From assembly GCF_001194135.2 (NCBI RefSeq), contig NC_068986.1:81857584-81909909 (forward strand): 52,326 nucleotides of DNA, written 5' to 3'. Position numbers and translations under genes: made by a program. This document shows positions 24,085 through 36,059 of the stretch, in pieces. Below the pieces are notes generated by a model. It saw nothing but the letters and a program-made list of their open reading frames with translations. It was not told the DNA's origin and did no database searches. This DNA is from Octopus bimaculoides (Eukaryota). Positions within the stretch are counted from its first letter, which is position 1. Every line of letters begins with the position of its first letter.

Positions 24085-24988
24085 TCTATATATATATATA
24101 TAAAGGAGAGATTCTGTCCATTTGTTTGTCCACCAAAATGAAAGTAAGTGGTTCAAGGGAAGCTATTATGCTTTTTCTATATATCCTATTACGCTATTGC
24201 TTAACTTGTCTCAACAAAAACTATGCAATGGTAGAACACTCATTGTGAACACAGCTATGAGAAACTGCATTGAGGCAAATATTCTCACTTGTTGTGGTAA
24301 AGGTGACACTGTCTTCGTTCCTCGCATACCAGTTATACCGTCAAATGTCCCATTCTAATTTAAGCCGTTACAGTTTCCTATCCCACTTTCTTTTGTCATG
24401 AGCATTAATAAAACTCAGGGCCAAACACTAAAAGTTGCTGGATCGCAACTTGAAGAACAAACAGAAGTTTGTATATGAGGTCCATCTTTTTTTTACTTCA
24501 GTTATTACGTGTTTTTCTCTTATATAATATACACATACAGGGTGAATAAATCTGAATCTGTAGTCATAGTCTCACCCTGGTTCAGGTTCGAAACTGAATC
24601 TTTCAATTCTCCTTGGGCATACGGCCTATTCAAATGTCAAAAGAAACCATAACAAATGGGTCTTCCACTTCACCTGTGGCCTTCTCAGTGCCATCACACA
24701 GTCACCTGGATTCCGTAAAGCTATTCTTCTATATGATATAGCTATTCTTCTAGCTTCATTCACGTTCAGACTGAATCTTTTAATTCTCCTTTGTCATACC
24801 GCCTATTCAAATGCCAAAAGGAACTGTGACAAATGGATGTTCAACTTGACATGCAGCCTTTTCAGTGCCATTGCAGTCAACTGGATTCCGTAAAGCTAGT
24901 CTTCTATATGATATACCCATTTTTCTAGTTTCTTGGCCTGAGAAACAGTAAAAGTAATTACCTGATCAATGACAGGTATTACTGCTAG
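24085..24988 (+). mobile_element. Helitron (internally deleted) carrying a Pif1-helicase fragment
   Basis: 5' end a|TCTATATATATATATAAAGGAGAGATTCTGTCC and 3' end ...caatgacaggtattactgCTAG|t, i.e. inserted between A and T. 24122-24470 encodes LNLSQQKLCNGRTLIV...ILTCCGKGDTVFVPRIPVIPSNVPF*FKPLQFPIPLSFVMSINKTQGQTLKVAG, matching Helitron helicase motifs. Confidence 0.8.
24593..24933 (+). repeat. About 177-bp tandem duplication inside the Helitron (about 1.9 diverged copies)
   Basis: actgaatcttt(c/t)aattctcc...ctggattccgtaaagcta(t/g)tcttctatatgatata starts at 24593 and again at 24770. Confidence 0.85.
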
Positions 24989-25039
24989 TAAATATGGGTA
25001 AGTTTTATGATGTTTATGTGGTAGTAATTTATAACTTAT

Positions 25040-25470
25040 GGCGCAGGTATAACTGTGTAGTAAGAAGTTTGTTTCCCAACCCTATGGCACTGGATTCAGT
25101 CCCACTGTGTGACATCCTGGGCAAGTGTCTTCTACTATAGCCTCAGGCCAACCAAATCTTGTGAATGGATTTGGTAGATAGAAACTGACAGAGACCTACT
25201 GCATATACATTGTGTGTGTGTGTGTGTGTGTGTGTACATGTTACTGTCTCTTTGCCTTACATCATATGATGAATGTCACTATCACTCAAGTGGTGTCCTT
25301 TGTTACCAAACTTCCATGAAAACATGTCTGGTCATGGGGAAAATATCACTACTTGGGAATAGGTGAAGCTTGGCAACAGGAAAGGCATCCAGCAATAGAA
25401 AAATCTACCTCACCAAATTCCATCTAACCCTTGTGAACATGAAAAAGTGGACGTTAAACCAACGATGATG
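25040..25470 (+). mobile_element. tRNA-head SINE with internal (TG)n and an RTE-type tail
   Basis: Same head as 18855; ends gtggacgttaaaccaacgatgatgat. Confidence 0.75.
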
Positions 25471-26218
25471 ATAATGTATTTTTAGTGGGTGACTTTGTTA
25501 TTTGTATTGTAATAATGACTATGATATTAGTGATGTACTAATTTATAGTTAATATATTTTTGATGAGAAAATGTTATAGTAGCATTGTAATGTACAGATA
25601 ATATATTTGTAGTGGGTGATATTTATAATAGGTGAGTATTATGATATTAGTATTGTAACATGTAGTTAAAATAGTTATAGTTTGTGATAAACTGTGAATA
25701 TTGCTAGAATTTACTCCTATCTGTAATACATAGCTAATTCATTCACAAAGCAGAGGATTTGGCAGTATTATGCAGAGGAGAGAAATATACTTCTCAATAG
25801 GATACAAATCTGTCCTAAATAAATATATTATAAGTGTGTAAGACCTGTTCTGTAATTAGATAAACTGAGGCAAATATAATTATCCTGACAGGTATAAACA
25901 TTCTAGCAGATATTGAACTCTTCACTACTTGGCATCTGGTTTGATATCTTATCCAATAAATTACTTCATATCTGCATCAGTTTAACTATTAATCCATATT
26001 TCACACTCTCATCACTGTGATTAATTTGTCATCTGTGCAGCATTGATTGATAATTCAGATCTCGTTAACAAATTATCTATACCATAGTAATTATATCTTA
26101 TTACACCTCAGTTATATTGTGCTATTCCATAACTTATGTCTTGGTACTCTGCACTCTATATAGCATTTTTTGTACTCTATGACACTACAATTTTATAATC
26201 TTTTTGACACTTCCACAG

Positions 26219-26340
26219 ATAATTTGGATAAATGGGAGAGATTAAGTATTGCTGATGCTTTAGAACCAGTCCAGTTTGATGATGGTCAGCAGATTGTCCA
26301 ACAAGGAGAACCAGGAGAGGATTTCTTCATTATCACAGAA
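26219..26340 (+). CDS. PRKAR1: PKA RI exon (122 nt, phase 1/0): W260 capping region and start of CNB-B
   Basis: Acceptor cacttccacag|ATAAT and donor ACAGAA|gtaagt. Translates (D)[40 protein letters not shown]. Confidence 0.97.
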
Positions 26341-27260
26341 GTAAGTACCTATTTTTGATGTTACATTAAAATATATAAACTCATAGCTTACTGATTTTTA
26401 AGTGTGTGCGTGTGTGTGCATGCGCGCATGCGTGTATGTGTGTATGTGCGCACATAAGAAACAGCTTTTTTTTTATTAATAAAAAACTAATAGAGAAAAA
26501 TGAAAAGTCATTGATAAAAAAGGGATTAAAATCCAGCAGTCTTATCTTCACAATATATGTAATTACGTGTATGAGGGATGTATATATTAATAAATTTCAG
26601 GGTAGCAAAAAAATTACTTAGAAATTTTTTGCTACCAGTGGTCTAGCGTAGTTTGGATTTTAACTATTCTTTCTAGCGAGTTAGATGTCCTATTATGGCC
26701 ATTTCTTATGTATTTAAATGTACACTGTATTTATATACACACACACACACTCACACACACACCTCTGTATGTATATATGAATATGAGACCAGGCAGATCT
26801 AAATGACTACTTGCAACTACTCAATACATAGGTTGGATAGAGTGGATATATTTATTAACAGTCAACTCTACAGCTGAGTCCATTTCAGCAAGATTAGTAC
26901 CATACACTTTACACTTTGGTGGTAGGAAGAGTATCCAGCCATTGAAACCAAACTAAAAATGGAAAATACAAGTGAAACAGTGTCCTCCATCATGCCTTGA
27001 AGGAAAGAAATCTGAATAAAGACTGACCATGACAACGTGTCCAATATGGAGAGTGAACATAGACTGATGATATTTGAACAAGTTGTTATGGTCAGATATC
27101 TTTCAGAGTTACTACTGTCCTTGATGGGTTGGAAGGCCATGTCTCTTCACTCATATATTCCATTTTTGGTGTGGTTTTCTTTCTGGCTGGATGCCATTTT
27201 TATCATCACTTTACTGAACGTATTGTGGGCACACACACACACACATATACACACACACCA

Positions 27261-27299
<39 letters not shown>

Positions 27300-28766
27300 A
27301 TATATATCATCATCATCATCATCATCGTCGTCGTTTAACGTCTGCTTTCCATGCTAGCATGGGCTGGACGATTTGACTGAGGACTGGTGGACCAGGAGGC
27401 GGCACGAGACTCCAANNNNNNNNNNNNNNNNNNNNNNNNNNNNNNNNNNNNNNNNNNNNNNNNNNNNNNNNNNNNNNNNNNNNNNNNNNNNNNNNNNNNN
27501 NNNNNNNNNNNNNNNNNNNNNNNNNNNNNNNNNNNNNNNNNNNNNNNNNNNNNNNNNNNNNNNNNNNNNNNNNNNNNNNNNNNNNNNNNNNNNNNNNNNN
27601 NNNNNNNNNNNNNNNATATATATATATATATATATATAATTATGTGTATTTCTTCTATCTTAATGAATAAAAATTCTTCTGATAGAATAAATGGGTTAAT
27701 AGAAACCAATGTAGCAAAGAACACAAAATAACTGTGGTTAGCTCATATATATATATATATATATATATATGCTGTGATATGTGAAGAATCTAAAATCTCA
27801 AGCTTAGCCTGGGAGTGAAAGAGGAGAAAAAAAAGATGTGTTGCTAACGTGATTTTCTTTTTCTCTTTCCTTACTCTTTGAGGATTCAGTTTTTTTCACA
27901 TCAAGTGAATTTGTCAATTTCTGCACACTTTCCATGACAAATAAACTTATTGAACTCACCTATGACTAATTGTTGCTAACACAATCACCAGTGACCTTAG
28001 GTCACAGAATTTGTATTAAGTATATGTGTATAACATATGTTTATGTGTGCGTGCATATTTGTTTGTCTCTAAGTCTGTGTGTGTGTGTGTATATATATAT
28101 ATGATCACACATACATACTATAAACCAGTGTTGCAAAATATTTTCATGTCATTAAGTCACAAAGCAAAAAATGGTACAAATAAATGAAGATTGAAAAGAT
28201 TGACATGCAGTTGCTGAAATGTAGGACTCTGTTCCTTAAAAGCAATACTATTCTATTGTCTCCACCAATCTAGCTGTTTCAGACTCATCAAATATTTCTT
28301 CAACAAATTACCTGTAGCAAACATCAACTCTTTCTTGTTGTCAGCAACTGTAGAACATCAGAGCTCTCTTGAAATATACTTGGGAATCAAGAGGTAAAAG
28401 GTGAAGTACCACCATTTCATTGGCAATATTGGATAAGGTATCAGCATTTAAGAACAGATCAAAGTACTGTGATATCTATTTTAAAGACAAGCTTCATTTT
28501 CCCAGCTTAGGCTAGTGCTAAAAAAAATGGAATGATCTCAACTTGTGATGTAAGCTCAACTTCTGACTTGTGAGCTTTAAGATTGACTTCCTTGATACGT
28601 GTTGTATAGCAACTGACATCAAAGAGCTAATGATTATTTGGAAGTGTAGTGAGCTGTATTTAAACCATTTGTAGTCATGTCTTCTCAAACCACTCATGTG
28701 TAACAGTCTCTGTCGTCATACTTTTAATGCCAACTTGTATACAACACATTTTTTTTTTAAAACCAT

Positions 28767-28767
<1 letters not shown>

Positions 28768-28835
<68 letters not shown>
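28768..28835. repeat. (CA)n microsatellite about 60 nt upstream of the 28895 acceptor
   Basis: Directly visible. Confidence 0.95.
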
Positions 28836-28837
<2 letters not shown>

Positions 28838-28894
28838 TAATCTTGTGCAGTGGCTTACTGTTCTAAATACTATACATATTCCTATCTTCTACAG

Positions 28895-28976
28895 GGAACT
28901 GCTGCTGTTCTACAAAGACGTGCTGATAATGAAGAACCTATTGAAGTCGGACGCCTGGGTCCATCAGATTATTTTG
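28895..28976 (+). CDS. PRKAR1: PKA RI exon (82 nt, phase 0/1): CNB-B
   Basis: Acceptor cctatcttctacag|GGAACT and donor TTTTG|gtaaat. Translates [27 protein letters not shown] plus one G. Confidence 0.97.
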
Positions 28977-29194
28977 GTAAATATTGCTGTCATATGTCTG
29001 GAATAGTAATTGTGATTTGTCATGTCCCTGGAATAATAGTTGTGATGTCACAATATTATACCATGCCTTTGAAATTGTTATCATATCTTGGGAATTTGTA
29101 TTTTACTACTATTATAATCAAGTTCACATGCTTTGTATGACTAGGGTCAGCAGGTACAAACCTTTGTCAATATCTTAATATCTAAAGAACTTTT

Positions 29195-29405
29195 AAGGTG
29201 GCAAGCTGCCAGGGTCATTAGCATGCCAGGCAAAATGCTTAGCGGCATTTTGTGTCTTTACATTCTGAGCTCAAATTCCACCAAGATTGACTTTGTCTTT
29301 CACCCCTTCAGTGTCAATAAAATAAGTATCAGTTGAACACAGGTTGATGTAATCAACATAACCCCTCCCCACTGAAATTGCTGGCTGCGGGTTAAGAATT
29401 TTAAA
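29195..29405 (+). mobile_element. SINE (second family)
   Basis: gcaaaatgcttagcggcattt...cattctgagctcaaattccaccaagattgactttgtctttcacccc...aaaataagtatcag. A homologous copy lies at about 34480-34700. Confidence 0.7.
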
Positions 29406-29409
29406 CTAA

Positions 29410-29595
29410 CATTAAAGATCCCTCTAGAGTATCTTGTTAATATTTAAAGATCTTTCTTAATATTTAAAAATCTTCTTAAGATTTAAAGATCTTTCTAGAG
29501 TATCTTCTTAATATCTCAAGATCTTTCTAGAATATCTTCTTAATATTTAAAGATCTTTCTAGAGTATCTTGTTAATATTCAAAGGTCTTTCTAGA
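29410..29595 (+). repeat. About 32-bp minisatellite in the last intron
   Basis: Unit atatttaaagatctttctagagtatcttgtta, about 6 imperfect copies; rich in palindromes (AAAGATCTTT, TCTAGA, AATATT). Confidence 0.85.
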
Positions 29596-29686
29596 AAGGC
29601 TACCCCTGAATGCGTTTTTTATTTTATTTTACTTGTTTCAGTCATTTGATTGCGGCCATGCTGGGGCACCAATAAGTTGAAAATAA

Positions 29687-29884
<198 letters not shown>

Positions 29885-30203
29885 ATAAATAAACCTATAG
29901 ACACCTCCCCCTCTCCCTAGTTTTGGCTTCTGTCTGCCAGCAAATAACGATGTGAGCCACAAACGAAATTGTGCTTCACTTTTAATAACTCCCTTACTTC
30001 TCTCTCTCTCTCTCATCCTCTTTTACTTTACAATTGCTCTTGTCTCTCTTTCGTTCTTTCTCTCTTTCCTTCTTTCTTTTTTTCTTTCTTTCTATCTGTC
30101 TATCTATGGATTGGTGACTGTTTGTGTTTACAAACATAACAACAAAAAAAAAGAAAGGACTCAATACATAGAAGCTTCAGTTTCTAATAAAATATATTTG
30201 TTT

Positions 30204-30309
30204 CTACCTACCTAGCTGTCTACCTACCTAGCTGTCTACCTACCTAGCTGTCTACCTACCTAGCTGTCTACCTACCTAGCTGTCTACCTACCTAGCTGTC
30301 TACCTACCT
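30204..30309 (+). repeat. Perfect 16-bp tandem repeat (ctacctacctagctgt) x6 plus a partial copy, in the 3' UTR
   Basis: Units start at 30204, 30220, 30236, 30252, 30268 and 30284, with a partial at 30300. Confidence 0.95.
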
Positions 30310-30859
30310 GTCTATCTATCTTCTTATCTATCAATATATTTAAACAAGAAAGGTTGATTTCAGCACTAAAAAAAAAAGCAAAACAACAAAATGAAATTTA
30401 AAAAAAAAAAAAGCAAGAACCAACCTTTTAAATATTTTCTCAGATCTTCAAAGCCATGGAATTGTGGGGGTGGTTGTCAGGGACGGGTAGCTGTTTTCAC
30501 CTTCTGCTCCCTACCTTCATCATTGCTCTATCCTGCTAGAAAAGAAAGTATTTACTCACCACCTCCACACGAGAGCTCATTTGCCAAGGCAAAAAGGTCC
30601 ATAACACAACTTCCACCACTTCTTTTATCTTTATTTCCTCTCACTGCTGAATATAGTGAATTAAGGCCACTACATCACTCACCCTTTTACTCTCCTTCAA
30701 ATCATTTCTATATTCACACTTACTCAATCTCTCTTACAGACACGTACACACATACACCCACATACATGCACATACATGCAGACGCACACACAAACTGTAG
30801 GTATTTTTATGTGTGTGTATTTGCATAGATGTGGATGTTGTGTGTGAGTAAATATGTAT

Positions 30860-30970
30860 GTGTGTAGAATATATGTATATATATATATATATATATATAC
30901 ATACACACACACACACACACATACACTATATCTATCTATACATATATATATATATATATANNNNNNNNNN

Positions 30971-31031
<61 letters not shown>

Positions 31032-31106
31032 GACACTATATCTATCTATACATATATACATATATATATATTATATACATACTATAAATATGTATCCATA
31101 TATATA

Positions 31107-31143
<37 letters not shown>

Positions 31144-31201
31144 TATATAAGTATATACATACTGTATATATATATATATATTTATTATATAAGTATATAC
31201 A

Positions 31202-31247
<46 letters not shown>

Positions 31248-31304
31248 TGTATATACTTATATAATAAATATATATATATATATATATACAGTATGTATAT
31301 ACTT

Positions 31305-31345
<41 letters not shown>

Positions 31346-31530
31346 ATACTGTATACTATATACACTCTATATATGTATGTGTATATATGCTATATATGTA
31401 TATGTATGTATATATACACTATATATCTATGTGTGTATACACATATATACATATATGTGTGTGTATATATATATATATATATAAACATATATATATATAT
31501 ATATATATATTCATATATATACACACACTC
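30860..31530. repeat. Large compound (TA)n/(CA)n/(TG)n microsatellite block in the probable 3' UTR
   Basis: Directly visible; includes a 10-N gap at 30961-30970. Confidence 0.95.
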
Positions 31531-32649
31531 TATCTTCATCCCATTCTTACTGCCTCCTCCTGTATAGCACACACAGAAGCCTATAGGTAAATATCTCCTC
31601 CTCAATCCTCTAATGATTATAAACATCATGTTTAGTTTCTCTCTTTGATTATTAGCTGTGTGAAATACAATAATTAGTGTTAATTATAATGATCTGAATA
31701 AATTAAACGTTGGCTCTCACCAATTTGGAAACAACAGCAACAACAGTATTGTTTTTGTTTGTTTTGAGGTTGAGAAAAGGTATGAAGAATTATATTTTGG
31801 TGAATTCTTCCTACATGCAATAGACTCCCCCCTTTGCCCCCTCCCCCACCTCACTCTGGGAGATTCACAGACACATGTAGAGTTTAAGAATACAGAAGAA
31901 ATACCCAAAAAAAAGGGAAAAAAAAGATTATGAATCTATTTTTGTTGTTGTTGTTGTTATTTGTTTTAATCGTTATTACTGGGAGAAGCTAGTTGTGGTG
32001 TTTGTGAGGTAATCCAAGACTAACTCGTTATCTACACCCTATCAATCAGCTGGAATTTTCTACTATATTCTTTGTTGTTCAATTACTGCTGTGACTGGAT
32101 CTAATCAGTGTTACTGTTCCTCTTTACTGCAGCACCCACCCTCACCACTTTAGCCACAGTTTACAAAGCTCACCCACCCACCCCTCCACTGGGACCCCCT
32201 GTCATTTCCCTTCAATTGTAACATTCTTGCTGGATCTGGCATCTCTGTTTTTCTTTTGCTTTTTATTTTAAACGGATTTCACAGAGTATTCACTAAAACC
32301 TCCATCATGCACCACCATCCTGTCATATTTCAATGTCACCACATGTCATGTGGATGCCACCAATGTAGACACAGTGCCATATTGTCTCCCACTCACCAAT
32401 GTAGACACAAAACATCCCCTAACTTTGCTATAAAAGATCTTATTTTTATTGGTCATTTGTAAATTTGATGGAGATGGAAGGCAAATACATTTGATTGGCG
32501 GGGGGGAGACGTGGCCGTCTGATGAGGGATTAACTTCCATTGTGTCACCTATATATATTTTTAATTTAATCATATCTTTCAGAAATTTTTTCCTTTCCTT
32601 ACCCTGGAATCTTTGTCATTTACTTTGATGTTTACACCTTGCCATCCAG

Positions 32650-32865
32650 TTGGTTAGTGTGTTACAGTCAGTGTGTTGCTGCCAGCATACAGCTGTGTAT
32701 TGCTAACACTGCTAGTGTATTGCAATCGTCAATACTGTGCCGCTATCAGTGTGTTGCTACCGCTGTCAATGTGTTGCTATCACTGTTAATGTATTGCAAA
32801 CACAGACACTGTTGCAATCACTGTGTAGCTATCACTGCCAGTGTGTTGCTATCAGTGTGTTGGTA
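32650..32865 (+). repeat. Degenerate about 21-bp tandem array (cactgtcagtgtgttgctat-like)
   Basis: Recurring cagtgtgttgct, caatgtgttgct and taatgtattgc. Confidence 0.7.
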
Positions 32866-34984
32866 AATTATGAATGTTTCTCTATAGTAGAAAACATCCA
32901 TTGTGCCAGCCTCTGTTTAATCTTTCTCAGTATTTTCATTTTCTCAAAAACAACACCACCATTTTTACTTCTAGTTCTACTTCCTGCATTTTTATTAATT
33001 AGACAATCCTAACCTAACCATCTAAAATTTATACACATCCTTCCAAAATGGATTGTTTTTTTTAAATTTTATTATTTTAATCTTTTCTCTTAATCTGTGT
33101 ATACAAATGTCTTTAGCAGGGTTTAACAAGGCCAGATTTTCTGTATTACAGTATAAGTATTTAAAGTATGTGTTCACATCATATTGTGTATGTGTAGTGT
33201 ACATAAACACATCTATATTTGAATATATACATAGACATCTATGTATCTGTCCATTTTCTGTAAGTGTACGTGTGCAGTCACACACACACACAATATTTAT
33301 GTAAATATGTATGTATGTTGCCAGTTTTACACACACAAGACACAGACACACATGTATCAGTTTCTGTCTAATACACTCAGATAAGATTCCCTCCTGTTGT
33401 CTACATGATCTTTAAATTCCTTCCATTGATTCTTCCTATTTAATCCGAGCAGATGGATGTGAATAATCAGACAAAATGACAAAGAACTTTAGAGGAAGTT
33501 TTGTTTTAGTAGAAGCCTGCTCCATCCAATTCACCAACACCTACAACACAAGGCAGGGCAGAAGTTTTATTCTACATCTGTCTCATTGCTTTAACATTGG
33601 CTTATCCTCTCTGTCTTCTTGTTCTATCTCACTAATTTCACTCAGAAACTTCTGTTCTGTAGCCTGTTTGCTCACCAGGAGATATAGAGGCTATGATGGT
33701 CACTATTGGTCACTACTCAGCTGCCAGCCACTGAACTGGTTGTTAATTATATGTAGAACATAGACTGAATATAAAGAATTTATTTTAATTTTTCCTAAAA
33801 ATGCATATTTGTTGGGAGGGAGGGTGGGTGGTGTTAAAAGTCGTCAGAAACAGTAGAAATAAAGTTTAAAGAAACATTGGCAAACTGGGAAAACAAAAGA
33901 AATATTTGTATTGATATTACAGGGATCTATGGTACATGGTTGTCTTAGAGAAGTTAGGGCATAACCTTTCACTTCATCACATACACACACACACCGTGCT
34001 TATATATATATATATATATATAAAAGGTACACACTGACTCACATTTCTGTTTGTGAGTGACTTTTATTTTAAAACAAAACTGTTACGTGGATTTTTTTTT
34101 AAGGCAAAGATGACTAGCTGGATACAAATGTGTGTATTTTTATATATACACACACATACACACACACACACATACTTGCACATATCCATATACATAATAT
34201 ATATGTGAGGGCTAAGACATCAGTTGAAGGTCCTTCAGACAAAAAGAAAAAGTTAACAAACCAACAAAAGTCCCCAAAACTGAAATAATATTCTCTAAAG
34301 ATTTGCTGAAAATATCTTGTCACCCATTTGCTTTGAAATCTCTGTTCCCTAGCCTGGCCCCTACTTATGGGCTCTCTTCCTTGTTTTGGATTGTGCAACT
34401 GCTGCAGTAAAGGTGCAGATTTTTTCCAGGTTGTTTTGTTTATTATTATTATAATTATCATTATTATTATTATTATTAGGGTGGTAGATTGGCAGAATCT
34501 GTAGAGCCTGGAACTAAATGCCTTGTGGTATTTAGTTGTGTCCCTTTACATTCTGAGTTCAAGTCCCGCCAAGGTCAACTTTGCCTTTCATCCTTCCTGG
34601 GTCGATAAAATAAAGTACCAGTCAAATACTGGGGAAGGGGTCGCCAAAATTGGCTGAACCGCAATCCCAAAATTAGTGGCCTTGTGCCTATTATAGAAAT
34701 TATTATTATTATTATCATCATCATATTTTTTTAATTCATTATTTGATGTAAACTGTAGAAATCCTTTTAGATTTATTTGATTTCTGGGTTTTCTGTTTTT
34801 TTTTTTTTCTTTTTGGAACTGTTGTACCAGAAGCTGTGTAATTCAGCGACTAAAGAATAATAAAAATTGATGACCATCTTCCAATATATGTTGACTTGTC
34901 ATTTTTCTCTGTGTCTTTTTTTTGTTGTTATTTTACTCCAGGTCAGCCATAGCCCAACAGACCCATGATCAAAGGTATTCCACT

Positions 34985-35215
34985 CAGGAACATCATCATC
35001 ATTTCACATATGCTTTCCATGCTGGCATGGGTTGGATGGTTTGACCGGATTTAACAGGCTGGAGAACTGAGTCTTGCTCCTGTGTCTTGGTTTTGACATG
35101 GTTTCTACATCTGGATGCCCTTCCTAATGCCAACCATCTAACAGAGTGTAATGGGTGCTTTTTCTTATGGTCCCAACACTAGTGAAGTTACCTTGTCACT
35201 CACAAGGCTAAAAAT
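34985..35215 (-). mobile_element. SINE/RTE-tail repeat (antisense)
   Basis: catcatc...gctttccatgctggcatgggttggatggtttgac...ctggatgcccttcctaatgccaacc. Confidence 0.75.
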
Positions 35216-35265
35216 CTCCCTCAACTGAGAGGGGAGTGGCTTTATGCAAGTTGTCGAGGGGTTAA

Positions 35266-35555
35266 CCCATTACCCCCCATAATTCTATTAACTGGAATTT
35301 TTTTATGAAACTTTGATTTCTAGCATAAAACAGCCTTAGAAACACGCTGGAATGATCAAAATAACATTTCAAAATAACATTTTAAGTAGAAATAAGCGAG
35401 ATATTGGGTGAAAAATTAGCAAACCTCATTTGAATATCAGAGAAATATACCTAGTAGATAGGGCAAAAAGGTTAGATATGTGTAAATATTGACAAATAAT
35501 TACGAAATTTGTAATTTTTAAGTGATTTCATATGAGATCACTAGTAGGTAATGGG
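35266..35555. mobile_element. piggyBac-like MITE
   Basis: ttaa|cccattacc ... ggtaatggg|ttag: a 9-bp perfect TIR with a TTAA target, one copy degenerate. Confidence 0.6.
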
Positions 35556-36059
35556 TTAGGAAGACAAGAACAAGTTTGTTGTGAAGGAGATTCATAGCTA
35601 CCTCACCATTATATATGGGTAGGTAGAAGTGGATTGGGTAGGATCAGAAAGAGGTAAAGATGGTTGTGATGAGGTACAAGAAGATACCTTCAAAATAAAT
35701 AGGAGGTTGTGCGGGGTCAGGAAGGGTGGGGTGGGAAAAGGTTGCAACACTGCTGGGGGAGAATGAGTGAAGGTGAGAAACAGGAGTTGAGATAAATGTT
35801 GAACAAGAGTGTGGAGGTTGACTGATGGTAAATATGAGGTGAGGGTAGTGATTAGAATGTGTAATGGCTGTTAACAGAAAGTGACTCAGCATAGAGGTAG
35901 TGATAATTAGAAGTCCAGAATTTAATTTAAGCAGCTGGAGTATATTACAACTAATAGAAGAGTGACAGGGAGATGAGAGATTAGCAGGTGAATGTTTGAC
36001 AGGGATATATTTGGTGGTGGGGGTCTAGTTGTGTGCACATTTATTCCTGAATCTCAGTT

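Larger units (their letters stand above)
29885..33060 (+). other. Probable 3' UTR of PKA RI (3' end uncertain)
   Basis: Follows the stop codon. AATAAA at 29884-29889 and 29888-29893 (overlapping the stop), 30186-30191 and 31697-31702. Mostly unique, TE-poor sequence apart from microsatellites. The endpoint is a guess. Confidence 0.4.

Noticed and set aside
26248-26250. Ile codons (also 9924-9926 and about 28940) where human RI has Val, as possible restorative A-to-I recoding sites
   Set aside because: I/V exchange is common and no editing data or clear editing-complementary sequence is visible.
32519-32545. ctgatga-ggga-ttaac-ttcc: a hammerhead box followed by a small stem
   Set aside because: The required GAAA does not follow stem II (attg instead), and no stem I or III can be drawn.
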